64,000 bases of DNA from Styela clava (lineage: Eukaryota). The DNA lies in NCBI RefSeq assembly GCF_964204865.1, contig NC_135257.1:13206001-13270000 (forward strand), given 5' to 3'. Below the pieces are notes generated by a model. It saw only the letters and a list, made by a program, of their open reading frames with translations, did not search any database and had not been told where the DNA came from. Numbering within the stretch: the first letter of the stretch is position 1; each line of letters begins with the position of its first letter. Position numbers and translations under genes: made by a program. Positions 60,901 to 64,000 of this stretch are shown here, one piece after another.

Positions 60901-61799
60901 CGACTAACATACCGCTTCCACCCATCCAATCTTTTTCAAACTCGTTGTGTTTACTTCTTATTATAAGCACCTATACCTATCTTTCTTAAACTAAGCGGAT
61001 ATATTTGTGAGACACTTATATTTGGGGGAGAACTATAATTATTTGGCAATTATTCACAGTTTTCATGATTAATCTGGCAACCCATGAAGCATCAGCTGAT
61101 TTTGCATCGTCTTCGTAAACTGCATGTCTTTTTCGTAAACTCTCGCATCGCTCAATTGAAATCGGAGTTCTGGCAACGGTGATCGGCGCGTTCAAAAACG
61201 AGAGAGATGCCTGCTAGGGACCGCTGTGAAGCTAGTAGCAAACGTACCGCTAGCCAAAATTATTAAATTTTGATGGCTTACGTTCGAAATGTGTGGAAAA
61301 CTTGAGTAGGCTACCGGTAACCCTTTTTTTTATTTTAGTGCAATCTCATGCCTCCTAAGTCTGTAAGTGAAGAACATGCTGCTGGACTTAACACCTTTTT
61401 GATATAACTTCTGAACTTTATGTAATTTTAATAAATATTGGCTGTCTGTTAGAATGACCTACCGGTAAATTTAGAATGCTTAGGTTCGAGTTGTGTGAAA
61501 AACTAGATCTTGATTATTTAACAATAAAAGCTCATGCCGCTTGAGCGGGAAGACATTCCACTACAGCGAAATTGCTTTTGTTGTTTTCAATTATCAAAAC
61601 TCCCACTTCGTTTTTATCGGAAAATTCAACCTATTCTATGTGTTACTGCATTAGATTCTATGTTCAAAAATGGTGTTGAAACTTTTCCTTCAATGCTGTA
61701 ATTTTCGCTGCAGCAAATTGAATAAGGCTGTTTTTATAATCGTAACTCCCACTTTGTATTTACCGGAAGATTCAATTTGTTAAGTTGACTTACAGATAT

Positions 61800-62290
61800 T
61801 AGTTTTAAATTTCAACTTATTCTGCTTCTTCCGCTTAAGGTTCAGCTTTTCAATGACTTCAATCATCTCACCTTTTGTCGGAAGTAATTTCATACACTTC
61901 TTCCTTTCAGGGTTCATCCTTATAGTTATAGTGACTTAAACCACCTTAACTTTCGCCGGAAAAATTTCATTCATTTGTTCTTTTCGGGGTTGACCCTTTT
62001 AGTGACTTCAGCCACCCCACCTTTTGTGAGAATAATTTTCCTCCACTTCTTACTTTTAGGGTTCAACATTTTAGTAACTCCAACCACCTCAACTTTTCAT
62101 TGGAAGAAATTTCATCCATTTCTTCTTTTTAATGTTCAGCTTTTTAGTGACTTCCCATCCTCCTACAAAAGAAATTTCCTTCACTTCTTCTAGTTTTCAG
62201 CATTTTAATGTTCCTCAATTTTCCATTTTTTGGGACACTGCAACTTCCATATTTAATTCACTTCATTCGTTTCTTCCTTCAGCCTTTTAG
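61800..62290. repeat. Degenerate ~72-bp minisatellite upstream of the RAB15-like gene
   Basis: (g)tgacttc-type anchor at ~61854, 61931, 62002, 62074, 62147, each followed by ccacc..actttt..aatttcat..cttctt..gggttca. Confidence 0.65.
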
Positions 62291-62482
62291 TATTCTCCAC
62301 CTGTTTCTGATTACTTTGAATTTTATTTCGCGATCCCTATAAAATTATTAATATTCGAATATTACATATGAGACAAATCTTTGTTTCCTTGTCTCGCTTT
62401 CTTTCTTGTTCACTATGCAATTTATCTAAAAATTTTTTAGATTGTACTTCATGTCATTGAAGGCTATATTTAAAATTGGGAA

Positions 62483-63685
62483 ATGGATAGAGATTATGAT
62501 GTGTTGTTCAGGATTATGGTTTTGGGTGACACAGGAGTTGGCAAGACTTGTTTATTGCAAAGATTTTGTGACAATGAATTCAGATATAGTCATGTCTGTA
62601 CGATTGGTATGTATTAAGTAATCTTTCACTCTAAGTTGAGCCAGATATTTTGATTTCTGATGCCAAAATAAACCTGGATCACTGAATTTTAGTAGTTTCA
62701 ATTCGAAAATAGCAAACATTATTATTTTTTACTTACTGTCTCTACTTTTATATATATTGCTAACAACATTTTATGTTGTCTATCATAAGTCTGTAAGTCT
62801 ATATTATGCACTTACCTAAGTATAGAATCTTTCTATTTTTACAGGAATAGACTTCAAAATGAAGACTTTGGTTATGGATGGAATAAGAACAAGGATACAA
62901 ATATGGTCTGAATCTTTTTCACTGTCATATTTCATGATTTATTCGTGTGGTTTTGCCCCTTTTCATCATTGTGGGATGTGTCAACCTCTATTTTTCATTA
63001 GTGTCAGCAATTATCACTGCTCCAATATGAAATAACGATGCGTTATGTATGCTTTTTCATTTATGCCCGAGTTAAAAGCTTATTATTCATTAGCATATTT
63101 TGTTTTACTATGAATACAATTATTTGGGAAACTTTTATGGTTAATTGCTTCAGCATTTCTGTAATTTACTTCATCTTTCATGCTGTTTAATGGGCAATTT
63201 TTTTCATGATTCCATTATTCCAGCAAGTTTTATCAAATCAATGTATGCAGTTACATTTGTCGTTAAACATTTTCATATTAGATTCTTCTGTAAATTATAT
63301 TTTGTTTATATAAAGATATTCTGTTTTATGATCAATAGTCTCGTCAATATTCGATTTTATCAAAATTCATCGAAATATATGTACCTTTTTTTTGTAATTA
63401 TTTTCTTTTATAAATTTTTTTGCTGCATGGCCATAAAGCAACTATAATATACTTATGATATTTTGCAGGGACACTGCTGGACAAGAGCGATATCGTAGCA
63501 TCACAAGACAATATTTTCGAAAAGCACAGGTTTGATAATCATACATATATTTCTTCTTTTCACTAAGCTGCTCTTCTTCAACGAACTTTTCTTCCTATAT
63601 TTTTCAGGGAATCATACTGACATATGATACCACCGATGAGTCTTCATTTCTCAGCATCAGGGATTGGGCAGAAGACATCAAAGAA
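62483..63685 (+). CDS. RAB15: Rab GTPase, RAB15-like; first 4 exons, incomplete at 3' end
   Basis: MDRDYDVLFRIMVLGDTGVGKTCLLQRFCDNEFRYSHVCTIG|IDFKMKTLVMDGIRTRIQIW|DTAGQERYRSITRQYFRKAQ|GIILTYD...; the YDVLFR, DNEFxxSH and DFKMKT features fit RAB15 best. Confidence 0.8.
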
Positions 63686-63812
63686 GTATGAATATGATTT
63701 ACTGACAACAATTGCCATTTATCATATCTTAAACTTTATGTAATGTGGAATAGATCGAAGTCTATCGGCTCCAGTATTGTCAGTTGAGCGAATGGAAAAT
63801 ATATTTTAAACT

Positions 63813-64000
63813 ACCGTATATGCTCGTTTTACCGCCCGATCTTGATTAAGAGCCCGTTTGAATAGCCGCCCGTGTGAACAGAACATAAAAATAAGTAAGG
63901 GCCGGGGCTTGAATACCCACCCGATGTAAAAGCTGATTTTTCAGTGGTAGAGAACAATAGGAAATAAGAAACGCTTTTCTCACAACGCTGTTGAATTTGA
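63813..64000. mobile_element. Possible Tc1/mariner (pogo/Tc2-like) element end in the RAB15 intron
   Basis: TA|CCGTATATGCTCG followed by repeated gcccg motifs; the other end lies outside the window. Confidence 0.35.

Larger units (their letters stand above)
55763..61219. mobile_element. Foldback-type DNA transposon (CMC/EnSpm-like ends) with long modular inverted arms
   Basis: Left end CCCAGCAGACATCACTCTCCTTTTTGAACGCGCC matches the reverse complement of right end GGCGCGTTCAAAAACGAGAGAGATGCCTGCTAGGG. Inverted similarity spans ~55763-56870 vs ~59810-61219; possible 2-bp TSD AC. Confidence 0.8.

Overview
AT-rich, gene-dense eukaryotic (metazoan) genomic DNA, most consistent with a tunicate/ascidian. 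That assignment is inferred from chordate-like proteins, compact gene spacing and many intronless genes. Eleven protein-coding genes are recognisable. Minus strand: NUP210, SPAG8, AK8, EIF3E, FAU. Plus strand: TAF2, ELP4, DNAAF2/kintoun, a PPM1E/F-like PP2C, GID8, and a RAB15-like gene running off the right end. Five of them (NUP210, TAF2, DNAAF2, AK8, GID8) have uninterrupted CDSs, while the others are spliced. Nearly every gene has a splice acceptor just upstream of its ATG, compatible with SL trans-splicing and operons. Introns and intergenic DNA hold many non-autonomous DNA transposons, several with readable TIRs and TSDs. The most striking structure is a ~5.5 kb foldback element (55763-61219). 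Its inverted arms are built from ~185-bp tandem arrays, and its core holds a decayed ULP1-type protease + PHD-finger gene, a nested hAT element and a Helentron-like element. No CRISPR array, rRNA or tRNA gene was found. Exon coordinates were read by hand and may be off by a few bases.
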